Virus genome (UHGV): UHGV-0122909
Length of the DNA stretch: 63,965 bases
Source of the DNA: a virus
Direction: 5' to 3' (one strand)
In this document: piece by piece, positions 1 through 11,630 of the stretch
Layout of the letters: every line of letters begins with the position of its first letter
Numbering within the stretch: position 1 is the first letter of the stretch
Notes under the pieces: generated by a model
The model's input: only the letters and a program-made list of their open reading frames with translations
What the model was told of the DNA's origin: nothing
The model's database searches: none
Program-made: the position numbers and the translations under genes

Positions 1-35
1 GTGAACTGGTTGCGCGGGAGCTGGCGAAAAACCAG

Positions 36-521
36 GTGGAGAAGATCAGTGATGTCCGTTCCCGTCTGAATATGACCTGGCTTCAGATCTGGCCGATTAT
101 CTGCTACATGGAAGAACAGGGGATTTTGGAGAAAGGGAAGGAAGGTACGGTAACACTGACCAGGACACCGGAACAGATGGAAGAATTGGTAGATTCCCAG
201 CAGTGGAAACAGTTGTTTGGGGAAGAGGAAGCCCAAAGACGCAGCACTGGAAGCAGCCAGGAAACAGAAGAAAAGATGCAGGTCATTCAGCGTATCCAAA
301 AGGAGAAACGGAACAATCCAGGTGTGAATGCCATTACTATAGACCAGAAGCTGGTATATGAAGAAACAGAGCATCATATCAAAACCAGGATTCCGTACCG
401 TAAGAATGAATTTATCTGGCTGGATAAATCGGAAATTAGCTGGATTAATGACCATAAGACGATTTTTGCAGGATTGGAAAAGAAGAAGGAGTATGCAATC
501 ACCGCGATCAATCATCGGTAA
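36..521 (+). CDS. Hypothetical protein, 3' portion (frame is open to window start; last codons read through the R junction)
   Basis: Glu/Lys/Gln-rich ORF in frame 3 with no stop back to position 3. The final ~6 codons lie in sequence that is antisense to lambda R, so the gene is probably truncated at a junction. Confidence 0.3.
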   Translation: MEKISDVRSRLNMTWLQIWPIICYMEEQGILEKGKEGTVTLTRTPEQMEELVDSQQWKQLFGEEEAQRRSTGSSQETEEKMQVIQRIQKEKRNNPGVNAITIDQKLVYEETEHHIKTRIPYRKNEFIWLDKSEISWINDHKTIFAGLEKKKEYAITAINHR

Positions 522-833
522 AGCGCCACGCTCCTTAATCTGCTGCAGTGCAACAGCGTCCTGGCTTTTTGGAGAGAAGTCTTTCAGGCCAAGCTGCTTA
601 CGATAGGCATCCCACCAACGGGAAAGAAGCTGGTAACGTCCGGCTGCTGTTGATTTGAGTTTGGGGTTTAGCGTGACAAGTTTGCGAGGGTGATCTGAGT
701 AATCAGTGAATAGCTCTCCGCCAACAATGACGTCATAACCATGATTTCTGGTTTTCTGACGTCCGTTATCAGTTCCCTCTGACCACGCCAGCATATCGAG
801 GAACGCCTTACGTTGATTATTGATTTCCACCAT
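505..833 (-). pseudogene. R: Lambda R endolysin (lytic transglycosylase), N-terminal ~110 codons only
   Basis: Minus-strand translation from ATG at 833 gives [61 protein letters not shown]...QQIKERGALPMIDRGD, then diverges from R. The frame stays open to the window start as Leu/Phe-rich antisense sequence. ATG overlaps the S stop as in lambda. Confidence 0.8.
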
Positions 834-1140
834 CTTCTACTCCGGCTTTTTTAGCAGCGAAGCGTTTGATAAGCGAACCAATCGAGTCAGTACCGATGTA
901 GCCGATGAACACGCTCGTTATATAAGCGAGATTGCTACTTAGTCCGGCGAAGTCGAGAAGGTCACGAATGAACCAGGCGATAATGGCGCACATCGTTGCG
1001 TCGATTACTGTTTTTGTAAACGCACCGCCATTATATCTGCCGCGAAGGTACGCCATTGCAAACGCAAGGATTGCCCCGATGCCTTGTTCCTTTGCCGCGA
1101 GAATGGCGGCTAACAGGTCATGTTTTTCTGGCATCTTCAT
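817..1140 (-). CDS. S: Lambda S holin (S107/S105 dual-start)
   Basis: 107 aa [64 protein letters not shown]..., recognised as lambda S with the Met1-Lys2-Met3 dual start. Confidence 0.95.
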   Translation of the reverse strand: MKMPEKHDLLAAILAAKEQGIGAILAFAMAYLRGRYNGGAFTKTVIDATMCAIIAWFIRDLLDFAGLSSNLAYITSVFIGYIGTDSIGSLIKRFAAKKAGVEDGGNQ

Positions 1141-1543
1141 GTCTTACCCCCAATAAGGGGATTTGCTCTATTTAATTAGGAATAAGGTCGATTACTGATA
1201 GAACAAATCCAGGCTACTGTGTTTAGTAATCAGATTTGTTCGTGACCGATATGCACGGGCAAAACGGCAGGAGGTTGTTAGCGCGACCTCCTGCCACCCG
1301 CTTTCACGAAGGTCATGTGTAAAAGGCCGCAGCGTAACTATTACTAATGAATTCAGGACAGACAGTGGCTACGGCTCAGTTTGGGTTGTGCTGTTGCTGG
1401 GCGGCGATGACGCCTGTACGCATTTGGTGATCCGGTTCTGCTTCCGGTATTCGCTTAATTCAGCACAACGGAAAGAGCACTGGCTAACCAGGCTCGCCGA
1501 CTCTTCACGATTATCGACTCAATGCTCTTACCTGTTGTGCAGA

Positions 1544-1604
1544 TATAAAAAATCCCGAAACCGTTATGCAGGCTCTAACTATTACCTGCGAACTGTTTCG
1601 GGAT
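1544..1604 (-). terminator. tR' terminator of the lambda late leader (6S RNA 3' end)
   Basis: On the minus strand, hairpin ATCCCGAAACAGTTCGCAGGTAATAGTTAGAGCCTGCATAACGGTTTCGGGAT followed by TTTTTTAT. Confidence 0.75.
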
Positions 1605-1737
1605 TGCATTTTGCAGACCTCTCTGCCTGCGATGGTTGGAGTTCCAGACGATACGTCGAAGTGACCAACTAGGCGGAATCGGTAGTAAGCGCCGCCTCTT
1701 TTCATCTCACTACCACAACGAGCGAATTAACCCATCG

Positions 1738-1776
1738 TTGAGTCAAATTTACCCAATTTTATTCAATAAGTCAATA
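1738..1776 (-). promoter_or_regulatory. Late promoter pR' with qut region
   Basis: Minus strand reads TTGACTtattgaataaaattgggTAAATTtgactcaacg directly downstream of Q, matching the lambda pR' -35/-10 elements. Confidence 0.7.
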
Positions 1777-1816
1777 TCATGCCGTTAATATGTTGCCATC
1801 CGTGGCAATCATGCTG

Positions 1817-2440
1817 CTAACGTGTGACCGCATTCAAAATGTTGTCTGCGATTGACTCTTCTTTGTGGCATTGCACCACCAGAGCGTCATACAGCGGCTT
1901 AACAGTGCGTGACCAGGTGGGTTGGGTAAGGTTTGGGATTAGCATCGTCACAGCGCGATATGCTGCGCTTGCTGGCATCCTTGAATAGCCGACGCCTTTG
2001 CATCTTCCGCACTCTTTCTCGACAACTCTCCCCCACAGCTCTGTTTTGGCAATATCAACCGCACGGCCTGTACCATGGCAATCTCTGCATCTTGCCCCCG
2101 GCGTCGCGGCACTACGGCAATAATCCGCATAAGCGAATGTTGCGAGCACTTGCAGTACCTTTGCCTTAGTATTTCCTTCAAGCTTTGCCACACCACGGTA
2201 TTTCCCCGATACCTTGTGTGCAAATTGCATCAGATAGTTGATAGCCTTTTGTTTGTCATTCTGGCTGAGTTCGTGCTTACCACAGAATGCAGCCATTCCG
2301 AATCCGGCTTGTGATTGCGCCATCCCCATAGCAGCCATCACATCAGTACCGGAAAGAGAGTCAGAAGCCGTGGCCCGTGGTGAGTCGCTCATCATCGGGC
2401 TTTTTGGCGAATGAAATTTAGCCACGCTTTCGAGTCTCAT
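1817..2440 (-). CDS. Q: Late antiterminator Q
   Basis: 207 aa [83 protein letters not shown]..., recognised as lambda Q with its Cys-rich zinc-binding C-terminus. Confidence 0.95.
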   Translation of the reverse strand: MRLESVAKFHSPKSPMMSDSPRATASDSLSGTDVMAAMGMAQSQAGFGMAAFCGKHELSQNDKQKAINYLMQFAHKVSGKYRGVAKLEGNTKAKVLQVLATFAYADYCRSAATPGARCRDCHGTGRAVDIAKTELWGRVVEKECGRCKGVGYSRMPASAAYRAVTMLIPNLTQPTWSRTVKPLYDALVVQCHKEESIADNILNAVTR

Positions 2441-3102
2441 GCGCCGTCTCCCTGTACCTGAATCAATGTGAGATTTCCGCAGAACACTGCGCCAGTATCG
2501 ATATACATCTGGTTGGCAAATTTGAGTGGTTTCACTGCTGGCGTATGACCAAAGATGAACGTGTCCGCGCCTTTGATTTCTTTCACGATCCCGTCTTGTG
2601 AGTTGCTGATTCGTTCGCGGTTCCAGATTACCTGCTGATGATCAACTGGCTTTCCAAACTCGTATTCGTCACAAGGATAATCGGCGTGGCAGATGACATA
2701 TTTTTTATCTTTGCTCACCAGTTCGATGATTAACGGAAGTTCATCTGCTTTATGGGCAAGAGCTTTAGCCAGAATTTCTTTGTCGTAATCGAGATTAAAG
2801 AACCAGCCACCGCCATTAAGCAGCCAGTGATTAACGTTTCCACGCTCTGATAAGCCATCAATCATCATTTGCTCATGGTTTCCACGTACAGCTCTGAACC
2901 AGGGGAATGTGATTAATTCCTGGCATTCGACGTTCTCTGTACCGCGATCGACCAAATCGCCAACCGAGATAAGCAGGTCTTTTTTGGTGTCGAATCCTAT
3001 CGTCTCCAGTTTTTTCATCAGGTTCGTGTAGCATCCGTGCAGATCGCCAACTACCCAAATATTTCGGTATTTGCTGCCATCAATTCTTTCGTAGATATTC
3101 AT
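2437..3102 (-). CDS. ninI: Ser/Thr protein phosphatase (lambda NinI/orf221 type)
   Basis: 221 aa with calcineurin-like metallophosphatase motifs GDLHG, GDLVDRG, GNHE, GHTP. Sits immediately upstream of Q. Confidence 0.9.
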   Translation of the reverse strand: MNIYERIDGSKYRNIWVVGDLHGCYTNLMKKLETIGFDTKKDLLISVGDLVDRGTENVECQELITFPWFRAVRGNHEQMMIDGLSERGNVNHWLLNGGGWFFNLDYDKEILAKALAHKADELPLIIELVSKDKKYVICHADYPCDEYEFGKPVDHQQVIWNRERISNSQDGIVKEIKGADTFIFGHTPAVKPLKFANQMYIDTGAVFCGNLTLIQVQGDGA

Positions 3103-3704
3103 GCAGCCTCACTTCTGCTGTTTCGCAGTTTTTTAAGTTTCTGTTGATACTCCGCCTTGATGGCCCTGCACTCTTCGACAGTCCAGCGATGGCGGTTATG
3201 GTTTGATTCGATTTCGTCTACTGCTTCCTGCCCGATGCGGTTAATCAGTTCGACGCGATACGGAACGAGATCTCCGCTTTTGTGCTGGTTGCACACCACG
3301 CATTGCTTGTGAATATTGCGTTCATCAAATCGGAGTTGAGGCGCCGCAGCAGTTGTCCGGTAATGCCCGGCATCCCACTGAGCAGACGTGAGCGTTCCGC
3401 ACGAGATACATGGTAAGTCGCGGTCTCTTTCTCTGATGAAGGCATTTACGGCTTGTTGGGCTTGTTTAATCCAGTAACTGCGGGGCTTTAAGGCGAGTTT
3501 TCGAATCTTCAGTTTATCTTTCTGTTTCTGCTCCTCTCGTCGTCGTTTCTTCTCTGCTGCTTTTTCCGCTTTTTCGCGTTCTTTACTTCGTCGTTCGAGT
3601 GCTAATTGAGTTCCGTGTTCCGGGCAGCACCACCACTGATTTGAGAATGCCGGGTGAAACCATTCCTTGCATATTTTGCATTTCCTTCGCGCTGGTTTAG
3701 CCAT
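3099..3704 (-). CDS. ninG: NinG/Rap recombination endonuclease
   Basis: 201 aa with a Cys-rich N-terminus and the nin-region position. Recognised as lambda NinG-like. Confidence 0.8.
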   Translation of the reverse strand: MAKPARRKCKICKEWFHPAFSNQWWCCPEHGTQLALERRSKEREKAEKAAEKKRRREEQKQKDKLKIRKLALKPRSYWIKQAQQAVNAFIRERDRDLPCISCGTLTSAQWDAGHYRTTAAAPQLRFDERNIHKQCVVCNQHKSGDLVPYRVELINRIGQEAVDEIESNHNRHRWTVEECRAIKAEYQQKLKKLRNSRSEAA

Positions 3705-3882
3705 CGTCTTCTTCCTCGTACATTGAGCTATTCGGATCGCTCATCAGTTCTGCACAGCAGTGCTCACACACGTGAACTTCCAGCACATGCAGCTTCTGAC
3801 CGCAGTTAGCGCACGTTAAAGCCCGCTCGACGCTTTCTTTCTGGTATTGAAGGGATTGGGATGGGCTAAGCATTATTGGCAT
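3697..3882 (-). CDS. ninF: NinF-like small zinc-finger protein
   Basis: 61 aa with two CxxC pairs (CANCGQ...CEHCC) at the nin-region position. Confidence 0.55.
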   Translation of the reverse strand: MPIMLSPSQSLQYQKESVERALTCANCGQKLHVLEVHVCEHCCAELMSDPNSSMYEEEDDG

Positions 3883-4234
3883 CCTGCATCATGAGAAAGA
3901 CAATCATGGCGGCACGGAGTGGATTGTCATATGCGACACCAACATTCGGTCCGGCATCATCAAACAAGTCCCTTGCGTTGTCTGTGGCGCACGGCATTGA
4001 GGGATTGTCTAAAATTATGCTGATGTTGTTTTCAGTGATAATCGGCCATGCGTCTGCTGGGCTTTTACAGTAATCAACCGTTTTTATTGCATAACCAGTT
4101 TCGTCATCCCACTCAACACCAACGATTGATGTTCCCAACTTTGCGATTTCGCAATCTTCGGGAGCAAATCCACAGCAAATTGCCACTCGCTTGTTAATTT
4201 CAAAATCACTTAACTGTGAATAATCCATTGTCAT
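3866..4234 (-). CDS. Hypothetical nin-region protein
   Basis: Probable start MTMDYS... at 4234 overlapping the upstream stop (ATGA coupling). No recognised motif. Confidence 0.4.
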   Translation of the reverse strand: MTMDYSQLSDFEINKRVAICCGFAPEDCEIAKLGTSIVGVEWDDETGYAIKTVDYCKSPADAWPIITENNISIILDNPSMPCATDNARDLFDDAGPNVGVAYDNPLRAAMIVFLMMQDANNA

Positions 4235-4407
4235 TTCCTCGCACGATGTCTTAGCCACCGGATATCCCACAGGTGAGCCGTGTAGTTGAAGGTTTTTACG
4301 TCAGATTCTTTTGGGATTGGCTTGCGTTTATTTCTGGAGCGTTTCGTTGGAAGGTATTTGCAGTTTTCGCAGATGATGTCGGTGATACTTCGTCGCTGTC
4401 GTCTCAT
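4231..4407 (-). CDS. ninE: NinE-like small protein
   Basis: Internal start [20 protein letters not shown]... overlaps the methyltransferase stop (ATGA). Size ~58 aa as for lambda NinE. Confidence 0.5.
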   Translation of the reverse strand: MRRQRRSITDIICENCKYLPTKRSRNKRKPIPKESDVKTFNYTAHLWDIRWLRHRARK

Positions 4408-4931
4408 GCCGCCCTCCTGACGCCCTGCCCGATCGCCATCAATGCCGCTTTGGATACGGTAGTAAACATCCGTCGAGGACTGATGAACGGTCGCCAAATC
4501 AGCAGCATGGAACCTTTGCTGTTTCCCTTCTTCTCCAGCCCTGTCGATGGTTCGATAAAATTAATCCGTCCATCAGTGATGATGCGAACTTCGTCAATAC
4601 TCTCCAGAGCCTTGCTGAACCATCCGACTGACATATCCTCTGGCACAAGCATAACTACCGTCTGTCGCTGTTGTATGCACTGCTCAGCGGCTTTTTCCAC
4701 CCACGGCCTGATATTGCTGTACGGTGGGTTATTCCAGATTGCACCGTGGCTTATCCACTCAGAATTTAGCGCGTCGTCGGCCTCAGTTAACCAGTGAGCG
4801 CACAGAGCATTTTTGTCGCTCGCTGCCGAATCCAGCCAGAATCCAAACTCAATATCCAGTGCATCAAAAAGCCAAAGCGGCGTTTGCCAGCAGTCCTTGT
4901 CGTGTGCTGGCGTATTTGATTTGATAGTCAT
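4404..4931 (-). CDS. Phage-type DNA N6-adenine methyltransferase (occupies the ninC position)
   Basis: NPPY catalytic motif ([10 protein letters not shown]). Probable start MTIKS at 4931 with GGAG upstream, overlapping the NinB stop. Confidence 0.75.
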   Translation of the reverse strand: MTIKSNTPAHDKDCWQTPLWLFDALDIEFGFWLDSAASDKNALCAHWLTEADDALNSEWISHGAIWNNPPYSNIRPWVEKAAEQCIQQRQTVVMLVPEDMSVGWFSKALESIDEVRIITDGRINFIEPSTGLEKKGNSKGSMLLIWRPFISPRRMFTTVSKAALMAIGQGVRRAA

Positions 4932-5368
4932 GCAGCCCGATCTCCCCATCTCGCTTTCCATTCCAGAGCCAGTCGCGCTTCGTCTGACCACTTAACGCCA
5001 CGCTCTGTACCGAATGCCTGTATAAGCTCTAATAACTCCGCAAATTCGCTTACACGCATCCTGCTGGTTGACTGGCCTATTACCACAAAGCCATTCCCGG
5101 CAAGGTTAGGAACAACGTCCTGCTGCTTTAATGCTGCGGTAAACACACACTTCCAGCTTTCTGCATCCAGCCAGCGACCATGCCATTCAACCTGACGAGA
5201 GACGTCACCAAGGCAAGCCCAAAGCTTTCGATTCTGGTCTAAGCTGCGGTTGCGTTCCTGAATGGTTACTACGATTGGTTTGGTTGGGTCTGGAAGAATT
5301 TGCTGTACTGCGTGAATAGCGTTTTGCTGATGTGCTGGAGATCGAATTTCAAAGGTTAGTTTTTTCAT
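4928..5368 (-). CDS. ninB: NinB recombination protein
   Basis: MKKLTFEIRSPAHQQNAIHAVQQILPDPTKPIVVTIQERNRSLDQNRKLWACLGDVSRQVEWHG..., recognised as lambda NinB. Start chosen at MKKL with GGAG upstream rather than the longer ORF-track start. Confidence 0.85.
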   Translation of the reverse strand: MKKLTFEIRSPAHQQNAIHAVQQILPDPTKPIVVTIQERNRSLDQNRKLWACLGDVSRQVEWHGRWLDAESWKCVFTAALKQQDVVPNLAGNGFVVIGQSTSRMRVSEFAELLELIQAFGTERGVKWSDEARLALEWKARWGDRAA

Positions 5369-5442
5369 GACTTCCCTCTCCCCCCAAATAAAAAGGCCTG
5401 CGATTATCAGCAGGCCTGTTATTAACTCAGTGATGTAGATGG

Positions 5443-6819
5443 TCATACGTCAGCCCCTTGTGCATATCGTCTGCCACGCGCAGCAGGTGCATTTGATGCT
5501 GTGCAAATCTGTCTGGCTTCATCCTGGTCACATGCAACAAAGTGTCCGTTGCAGAACCGCTGGTAAACCGTACCAAGTGAGCCAAAACGGTTTTTCGTCA
5601 CGATGATTTCAGCAAATGGCGCGGCGCTACTGTTCTCGTCATATACCGCTTCCCGATAGAGCATGATGATTGAGTCTGCGTCCTGCTCAATGCTTCCTGA
5701 ATCACGCAAATCTGCGTTTGTCGGGCGTTTGTTTGGTCGCTTCTCAACATCGCGCGAAAGCTGACTCAGGGAGATAACCGGTGTTTTCAGGTCTTTCGCC
5801 ATCGCCTTCAGGCTTCCGGAGATGTGAGCAATTGCGAGGTCGTTGCGGTCTGCTTTCGGCTTCTCAATCAGGCCAAGATAATCCGCCATGATGAGTGAGA
5901 GGTTTGGATTTTCCTGTTTGTGCCGTTCTGCGATTGAGCGTATTTCTTCGACCGATAACCGCGAGGCATCGACTACCCATACATCCAAATCTGCAAGCTG
6001 ACTCATGCCGTTAGCAACACGCGCCCAGCCTTCGTCATCCATCGATGCAGGATTTCGCAGTACGCTAACCGACATCCTCCCGGCGTTGGCAATGCTTCGC
6101 TCTGCAATCTGCAATGCGCTCATTTCCATTGAGAAAATCAATACTCCGCGCCGAACGTCAGAACCAGGAATAACGCGGCTTGCAACGCCTTCGGCAATCT
6201 TCAGCGCCAGCTCGGTTTTACCCATACCAGGACGAGCGGCGATTATCACCAGGTCTTCCGCGTTCATCCCTCCGGTGATGGCATCAAGTTCTTCGATTCC
6301 GGTCTTCAGGGTATCGGACTCTTCTCCGTTCCTCAGACGCCTGTCAAGCGTGTCAGTGTAGTCGGTGATGATTTCCCCTAACCGTACAGGTTTAACCTCG
6401 TCACGGGGCTTTCTGATGGATGAAAGACGCTTTACAAGTTCATCCATCGCCTGACTCGATGCGTCGATGGTTCCGCTCTGAATTGGTTCACGCATTTCAT
6501 CCATGATTTCCAGCACCAGACGGCGGTGATAGTTATCCGCGACCATTCCGGCATATCCCTTCAGGTTTGCGGCACTCGGGCAGTTTTTGCTGGTCATCAG
6601 GATTGACGTGAAATGCTCCTCTCCGCACGCCTCGGCAACCATCAGCGCGTCGATTAGGTTTCTGTTTCTCGCCTGCTTCCTGATAACCTCGAAGGCTTTC
6701 CGGTAGAGCGGAATTGAAAACGCTTCCGGCTCAAGCGTTGCCAGAACGTCGCTGGCGGTTGGCGTTAATCCACCAATCAGCAGACCGCCGATAACGCTCG
6801 CTTCGATATCCTGTCTCAT
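5443..6819 (-). CDS. Replicative DNA helicase, DnaB family (in the lambda P position)
   Basis: 458 aa with Walker [13 protein letters not shown] and DnaB-like C-terminal motifs. Replaces lambda P, as in P22-type lambdoids. Confidence 0.9.
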   Translation of the reverse strand: MRQDIEASVIGGLLIGGLTPTASDVLATLEPEAFSIPLYRKAFEVIRKQARNRNLIDALMVAEACGEEHFTSILMTSKNCPSAANLKGYAGMVADNYHRRLVLEIMDEMREPIQSGTIDASSQAMDELVKRLSSIRKPRDEVKPVRLGEIITDYTDTLDRRLRNGEESDTLKTGIEELDAITGGMNAEDLVIIAARPGMGKTELALKIAEGVASRVIPGSDVRRGVLIFSMEMSALQIAERSIANAGRMSVSVLRNPASMDDEGWARVANGMSQLADLDVWVVDASRLSVEEIRSIAERHKQENPNLSLIMADYLGLIEKPKADRNDLAIAHISGSLKAMAKDLKTPVISLSQLSRDVEKRPNKRPTNADLRDSGSIEQDADSIIMLYREAVYDENSSAAPFAEIIVTKNRFGSLGTVYQRFCNGHFVACDQDEARQICTASNAPAARGRRYAQGADV

Positions 6820-7637
6820 GCAATCCCCCTGTCTGCAAACTTCCCTTCACGAACTCCCGTTAACGAATCTTCTCTCAGCAGGTAATCAAAATCGGCCGTC
6901 CAGCCCGTGTCGTTGTCTCCGAAGTAAAACGGCTTGGCCTGATGCACAAACGCCCTGACATACGCCCTGAAACCGTCCACGTTTGGCGTTTTCAGTTGCG
7001 GGATGATTTTCTTCAGGCGGCGTTTGCGTTTCTCGTTGACCGCAACAGCGTGTGGAAGTCTGTCACCGACTTCGGTGTTGTAGGCGTTCAGGAAGGATTC
7101 GTAGTCGATTCGTTCTGCCTTGCGACGTTCAGGTTTAACCTGCCCATCGCCGCCCCCGTTAGGGGGTAAGGGGGTATTTGTATTTATTGTCTTTTGTATA
7201 TTGTCTTTTGTGTTTAGCTGACTTGGCTTATACCCATTAGCCGACTTGGCTAATGTTTTATTAGCTGTTTTGGCTAATGTTAAGCTGTCCTGGCTAATCC
7301 ACTGCGAAACCACCTTGTTCACTCCGATTTTCACGCCATCAGCAATGAGGAATTTACGCTCAATAAGCTGGCGCTTGGCAGCGCAAACATGAGTGTGATG
7401 AATACCTGTCATGGCTGCTATCTGCGTGTTTGTGAGTCGATCCATCGGCTTATTGAATCCATATGTCTTGCGCATGATAGCGAGCATCACCTTCAACTGC
7501 CGGACGGTTAAATCAGCCATCAGCAGACTGTCGGTAATCTCGTTAGCAACGCGCATGAAACCATCTTCGGTGTCTGCCACGCGATGCTCCACGACCTCCA
7601 GTTGAGGCCTGTAATCAGCTAACTTAACGACGCCCAT
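6816..7637 (-). CDS. Replication initiator, lambda O-like N-terminal domain
   Basis: N-terminus resembles lambda O ([27 protein letters not shown]). Iterons are embedded in the middle of the gene. Confidence 0.8.
   Translation of the reverse strand: MGVVKLADYRPQLEVVEHRVADTEDGFMRVANEITDSLLMADLTVRQLKVMLAIMRKTYGFNKPMDRLTNTQIAAMTGIHHTHVCAAKRQLIERKFLIADGVKIGVNKVVSQWISQDSLTLAKTANKTLAKSANGYKPSQLNTKDNIQKTINTNTPLPPNGGGDGQVKPERRKAERIDYESFLNAYNTEVGDRLPHAVAVNEKRKRRLKKIIPQLKTPNVDGFRAYVRAFVHQAKPFYFGDNDTGWTADFDYLLREDSLTGVREGKFADRGIA
7165..7300. repeat. Replication origin iterons inside the O-like gene
   Basis: Four direct repeats GACTTGGCTTATA / GACTTGGCTAATG / GTTTTGGCTAATG / GTCCTGGCTAATC at ~7221-7300, flanked by an AT-rich tract with TTGTCTTTTGT repeats. 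Confidence 0.75.
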
Positions 7638-7819
7638 GTTTCACTCCTGCTTTGGCTAGTCTGTAAACACCAACAAGGCGCTCTGCGAACGCCCTGTTAT
7701 TTGCTGCGGCTACCACTAATCCCTCATGTGAATCAGGGTGTCGAATCTCTTCTTTTTCCTGGTATTTCTTACGACGTTTTGTCATAATTACTCCTGTGGA
7801 TTGATCCAGTCTTTCTACA

Positions 7820-8098
7820 TCAGGCCTCAAAACTGTTGCAGCAGTCTTGAGGCTTTTCTTTTGTCAGCACCATGGCTACTTTCTTTGCCAGCTCTGCTAA
7901 TTCCTCGTCTTCAACACCCCACTCCAGCACAGCCAGAAGCATGGCCATCTTTGGGATAAAGCTGTCTTTCCATCGCGAAATTTGCGATTCATTAATCCCT
8001 AATGCATCAGCAACCTTTCGCTGACCACGTACAGCAATTCGATTCAGGATGTTGCTTGTAATTGCATTCGCTTTCTTGCGAGTACTTGTAAGTTGCAT
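7820..8098 (-). CDS. cII: CII-like transcriptional activator
   Basis: From the internal Met MQLTSTRKK: ...GINESQISRWKDSFIPKMAMLLAVLEWGVEDEE resembles lambda CII (DKSQISRWKRDWIPKFSMLLAVLEWGV) but is not identical. Confidence 0.65.
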   Translation of the reverse strand: MQLTSTRKKANAITSNILNRIAVRGQRKVADALGINESQISRWKDSFIPKMAMLLAVLEWGVEDEELAELAKKVAMVLTKEKPQDCCNSFEA

Positions 8099-8174
8099 AT
8101 GTAAGTATTTCCTTAGATAACAATTGATTGAATGTATGCAAATAAATGCATACACCATAGGTGTGGTTTAATTT

Positions 8175-8215
8175 GATGCCCTTTTTCAGGGCTGGGATGT
8201 GTAAGAGCGGGGTTA
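8175..8215 (-). promoter_or_regulatory. nutR (boxA/boxB)
   Basis: Minus strand contains boxB GCCCTGAAAAAGGGC and boxA-like CGCTCTTACACAT between cro and cII. Confidence 0.65.
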
Positions 8216-8216
8216 T

Positions 8217-8426
<210 letters not shown>

Positions 8427-8443
8427 TTAGTACATGCAACCAT

Positions 8444-8507
8444 TATCACCGCCAGAGGTAAAATAGTCAACACGCACGGTGTTAGATATTTATCCCTTGC
8501 GGTGATA
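8444..8507. promoter_or_regulatory. Right operator OR1-OR2-OR3 with divergent PR/PRM
   Basis: TATCACCGCCAGAGGTA (OR1), CAACACGCACGGTGTTA (OR2), TATCCCTTGCGGTGATA (OR3) between cro and cI. Confidence 0.9.
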
Positions 8508-8514
8508 GATTTAA

Positions 8515-9231
<717 letters not shown>

Positions 9232-9343
9232 TCGGCAAGGTGTTCTGGTCGGCGCATAGCTGATAACAATTGAGCAAGAATCTTCATCGAATTAGGGGAA
9301 TTTTCACTCCCCTCAGAACATAACATAGTAAATGGATTGAATT

Positions 9344-10183
9344 ATGAAGAATGGTTTTTATGCGACTTACCGCAGCAAAAATAAAGGGAAAGATAAGCGC
9401 TCAATAAACCTGTCTGTTTTCCTTAATTCTCTGCTGGCTGATAATCATCACCTGCAGGTTGGCTCCAATTATTTGTATATTCATAAAATCGATGGAAAAA
9501 CTTTTCTCTTTACCAAAACAAATGACAAGAGTCTGGTTCAGAAGATAAATCGCTCTAAAGCTTCAGTTGAAGATATTAAGAACAGCCTCGCAGATGACGA
9601 ATCATTGGGATTCCCATCTTTTTTGTTTGTTGAAGGCGACACCATTGGTTTTGCCAGAACTGTTTTCGGGCCGACCACATCCGATCTGACAGATTTTTTA
9701 ATCGGGAAAGGAATGTCATTAAGCAGTGGAGAGCGCGTTCAGATAGAGCCACTGATGAGGGGAACCACCAAAGACGATGTTATGCATATGCATTTCATCG
9801 GCCGAACAACGGTGAAGGTAGAAGCCAAGCTACCTGTATTTGGCGATATATTAAAGGTCTTAGGGGCAACAGATATTGAAGGGGAGCTTTTTGACTCATT
9901 GGATATAGTCATTAAGCCAAAATTTAAAAGGGATATAAAAAAGGTTGCCAAGGATATTATTTTTAACCCGTCACCTCAATTTTCAGACATTAGCCTGCGG
10001 GCAAAAGATGAGGCCGGAGATATTTTAACAGAACATTATCTATCAGAAAAAGGCCATCTCTCAGCGCCTCTGAACAAGGTCACCAATGCTGAGATAGCTG
10101 AAGAGATGGCATATTGCTACGCAAGAATGAAAAGTGATATACTGGAATGTTTTAAAAGGCAGGTGGGCAAAGTTAAGGATTAA
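9344..10183 (+). CDS. rexA: RexA exclusion protein
   Basis: 279 aa recognised as lambda RexA, immediately downstream of cI. Confidence 0.9.
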   Translation: MKNGFYATYRSKNKGKDKRSINLSVFLNSLLADNHHLQVGSNYLYIHKIDGKTFLFTKTNDKSLVQKINRSKASVEDIKNSLADDESLGFPSFLFVEGDTIGFARTVFGPTTSDLTDFLIGKGMSLSSGERVQIEPLMRGTTKDDVMHMHFIGRTTVKVEAKLPVFGDILKVLGATDIEGELFDSLDIVIKPKFKRDIKKVAKDIIFNPSPQFSDISLRAKDEAGDILTEHYLSEKGHLSAPLNKVTNAEIAEEMAYCYARMKSDILECFKRQVGKVKD

Positions 10184-10198
10184 TTATCAGGAGTAATT

Positions 10199-10633
10199 AT
10201 GCGGAACAGAATCATGCCTGGTGTTTACATAGTAATAATTCCTTACGTTATCGTAAGCATTTGCTATCTCCTTTTCCGCCACTACATTCCTGGTGTTTCT
10301 TTTTCAGCTCATAGAGATGGTCTTGGGGCGACATTGTCATCATATGCAGGAACCATGATTGCAATCCTGATTGCTGCCTTGACGTTTCTAATCGGAAGCA
10401 GAACGCGCCGACTGGCCAAGATTAGAGAGTATGGGTATATGACATCGGTAGTTATTGTCTATGCCCTTAGTTTTGTTGAGCTTGGAGCTTTGTTTTTCTG
10501 CGGGTTATTGCTTCTTTCCAGCATAAGCGGCTACATGATACCCACTATCGCCATCGGCATTGCCTCTGCATCGTTCATTCATATATGCATCCTTGTTTTC
10601 CAACTATATAATTTGACCAGAGAACAAGAATAA
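10199..10633 (+). CDS. rexB: RexB membrane protein
   Basis: 144 aa with multiple hydrophobic helices, downstream of rexA. Confidence 0.9.
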   Translation: MRNRIMPGVYIVIIPYVIVSICYLLFRHYIPGVSFSAHRDGLGATLSSYAGTMIAILIAALTFLIGSRTRRLAKIREYGYMTSVVIVYALSFVELGALFFCGLLLLSSISGYMIPTIAIGIASASFIHICILVFQLYNLTREQE

Positions 10634-10659
10634 CCCGGCCTCAGCGCCGGGTTTTCTTT
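10634..10659 (+). terminator. Rho-independent terminator after rexB
   Basis: CCCGGCctcagcGCCGGG followed by TTTTCTTT. Confidence 0.6.
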
Positions 10660-10806
10660 GCCTCACGATCGCCCCCAAAACACATAACCAATTGTATTTA
10701 TTGAAAAATAAATAGATACAACTCACTAAACATAGCAATTCAGATCTCTCACCTACCAAACAATGCCCCCCTGCAAAAAATAAATTCATATAAAAAACAT
10801 ACAGAT

Positions 10807-10869
10807 AACCATCTGCGGTGATAAATTATCTCTGGCGGTGTTGACATAAATACCACTGGCGGTGATACT
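10807..10869. promoter_or_regulatory. Left operator OL1-3 and pL promoter (transcribing rightward here)
   Basis: AACCATCTGCGGTGATA, TATCTCTGGCGGTGTTG, TACCACTGGCGGTGATA with TTGACA...GATACT. Confidence 0.9.
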
Positions 10870-10908
10870 GAGCGCATCAGCAGGACGCACTGACCACCAT
10901 GAAGGTGA

Positions 10909-10939
10909 CGCTCTTAAAAATTAAGCCCTGAAGAAGGGC
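10909..10939 (+). promoter_or_regulatory. nutL (boxA CGCTCTTAA, boxB GCCCTGAAGAAGGGC)
   Basis: Exact boxA and boxB stem-loop between pL and N. Confidence 0.85.
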
Positions 10940-11097
10940 AGCATTCAAAGCAGAAGGCTTTGGGGTGTGTGATACGAAACGAAGCATTGGCCGGAAGTGC
11001 GATTCCGGATTAGCTGCCAATGTGCCAATCGCGGGGGGTTTTCGTTCAGGACTACAACTGCCACACACCACCAAAGCTAACTGACAGGAGAATCCAG

Positions 11098-11430
11098 ATG
11101 GATGCACAAACACGCCGCCGCGAACGTCGCGCAGAGAAACAGGCTCAATGGAAAGCAGCAAATCCCCTGTTGGTTGGGGTAAGCGCAAAACCAGTTAACC
11201 GCCCTATTCTCTCGCTGAATCGCAAACCGAAATCACGAGTAGAAAGCGCACTGAATCCGATAGACCTTACGGTGCTGGCTGAATACCACGAACAGATTGA
11301 AAGCAACCTGCAACGTATTGAGCGCAAGAATCAGCGCACATGGTACAGCAAGCCACGCAGTGAAATGGGTGTGACATGCTCAGGCCGCCAGAAGCAACGC
11401 GGAAAATCAATTCCAGCTTATTACGATTGA
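11098..11430 (+). CDS. N: Antiterminator N
   Basis: MDAQTRRRERRAEKQAQWKAANPLLVGVSAKPVNRPILSLNRKPKSRVESALNPIDLTVLAEYH..., the arginine-rich N-terminus of lambda N. The C-terminus differs slightly from lambda. Confidence 0.9.
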   Translation: MDAQTRRRERRAEKQAQWKAANPLLVGVSAKPVNRPILSLNRKPKSRVESALNPIDLTVLAEYHEQIESNLQRIERKNQRTWYSKPRSEMGVTCSGRQKQRGKSIPAYYD

Positions 11431-11630
11431 GGTGAGCCATGCTCAAGAAAGTCAAACGCCGACTTTACAAAGAAGGTAGATATTCATGCCAGTTGCCAAA
11501 ATGCGACACAACAAAATGGAGTGTCGATGATTGGTGTAACTGGATAGATAGATACGGAACTTGGTGGGATAAATAACAGGTAACTTAAGCGGATTTACTT
11601 TCGCAGCAAACCACTTATTTGAGGTGAGAT

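Noticed and set aside
104-606. Track ORFs 104-286 (-) and 358-606 (+)
   Set aside because: They overlap the stronger frame-3 ORF and the R fragment in other frames and have no motifs or ribosome-binding site. Most likely they are chance frames at the junction.
505-833. Apparent R-unknown fusion ORF (R frame open from 833 to the window start)
   Set aside because: Beyond codon ~113 the frame is Leu/Phe-rich antisense of the plus-strand gene. It looks like a truncation scar, not a functional fusion protein.
932-1705. Track ORFs 932-1156 (+), 1388-1672 (+), 1511-1705 (-)
   Set aside because: They are antisense to S or lie within the pR'/6S/tR' leader, which matches lambda non-coding sequence.
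7140-7300. Short direct repeats that could be mistaken for a CRISPR array
   Set aside because: The repeats are ~13 bp, lie inside the O-like gene and have no regular spacers. They are origin iterons.
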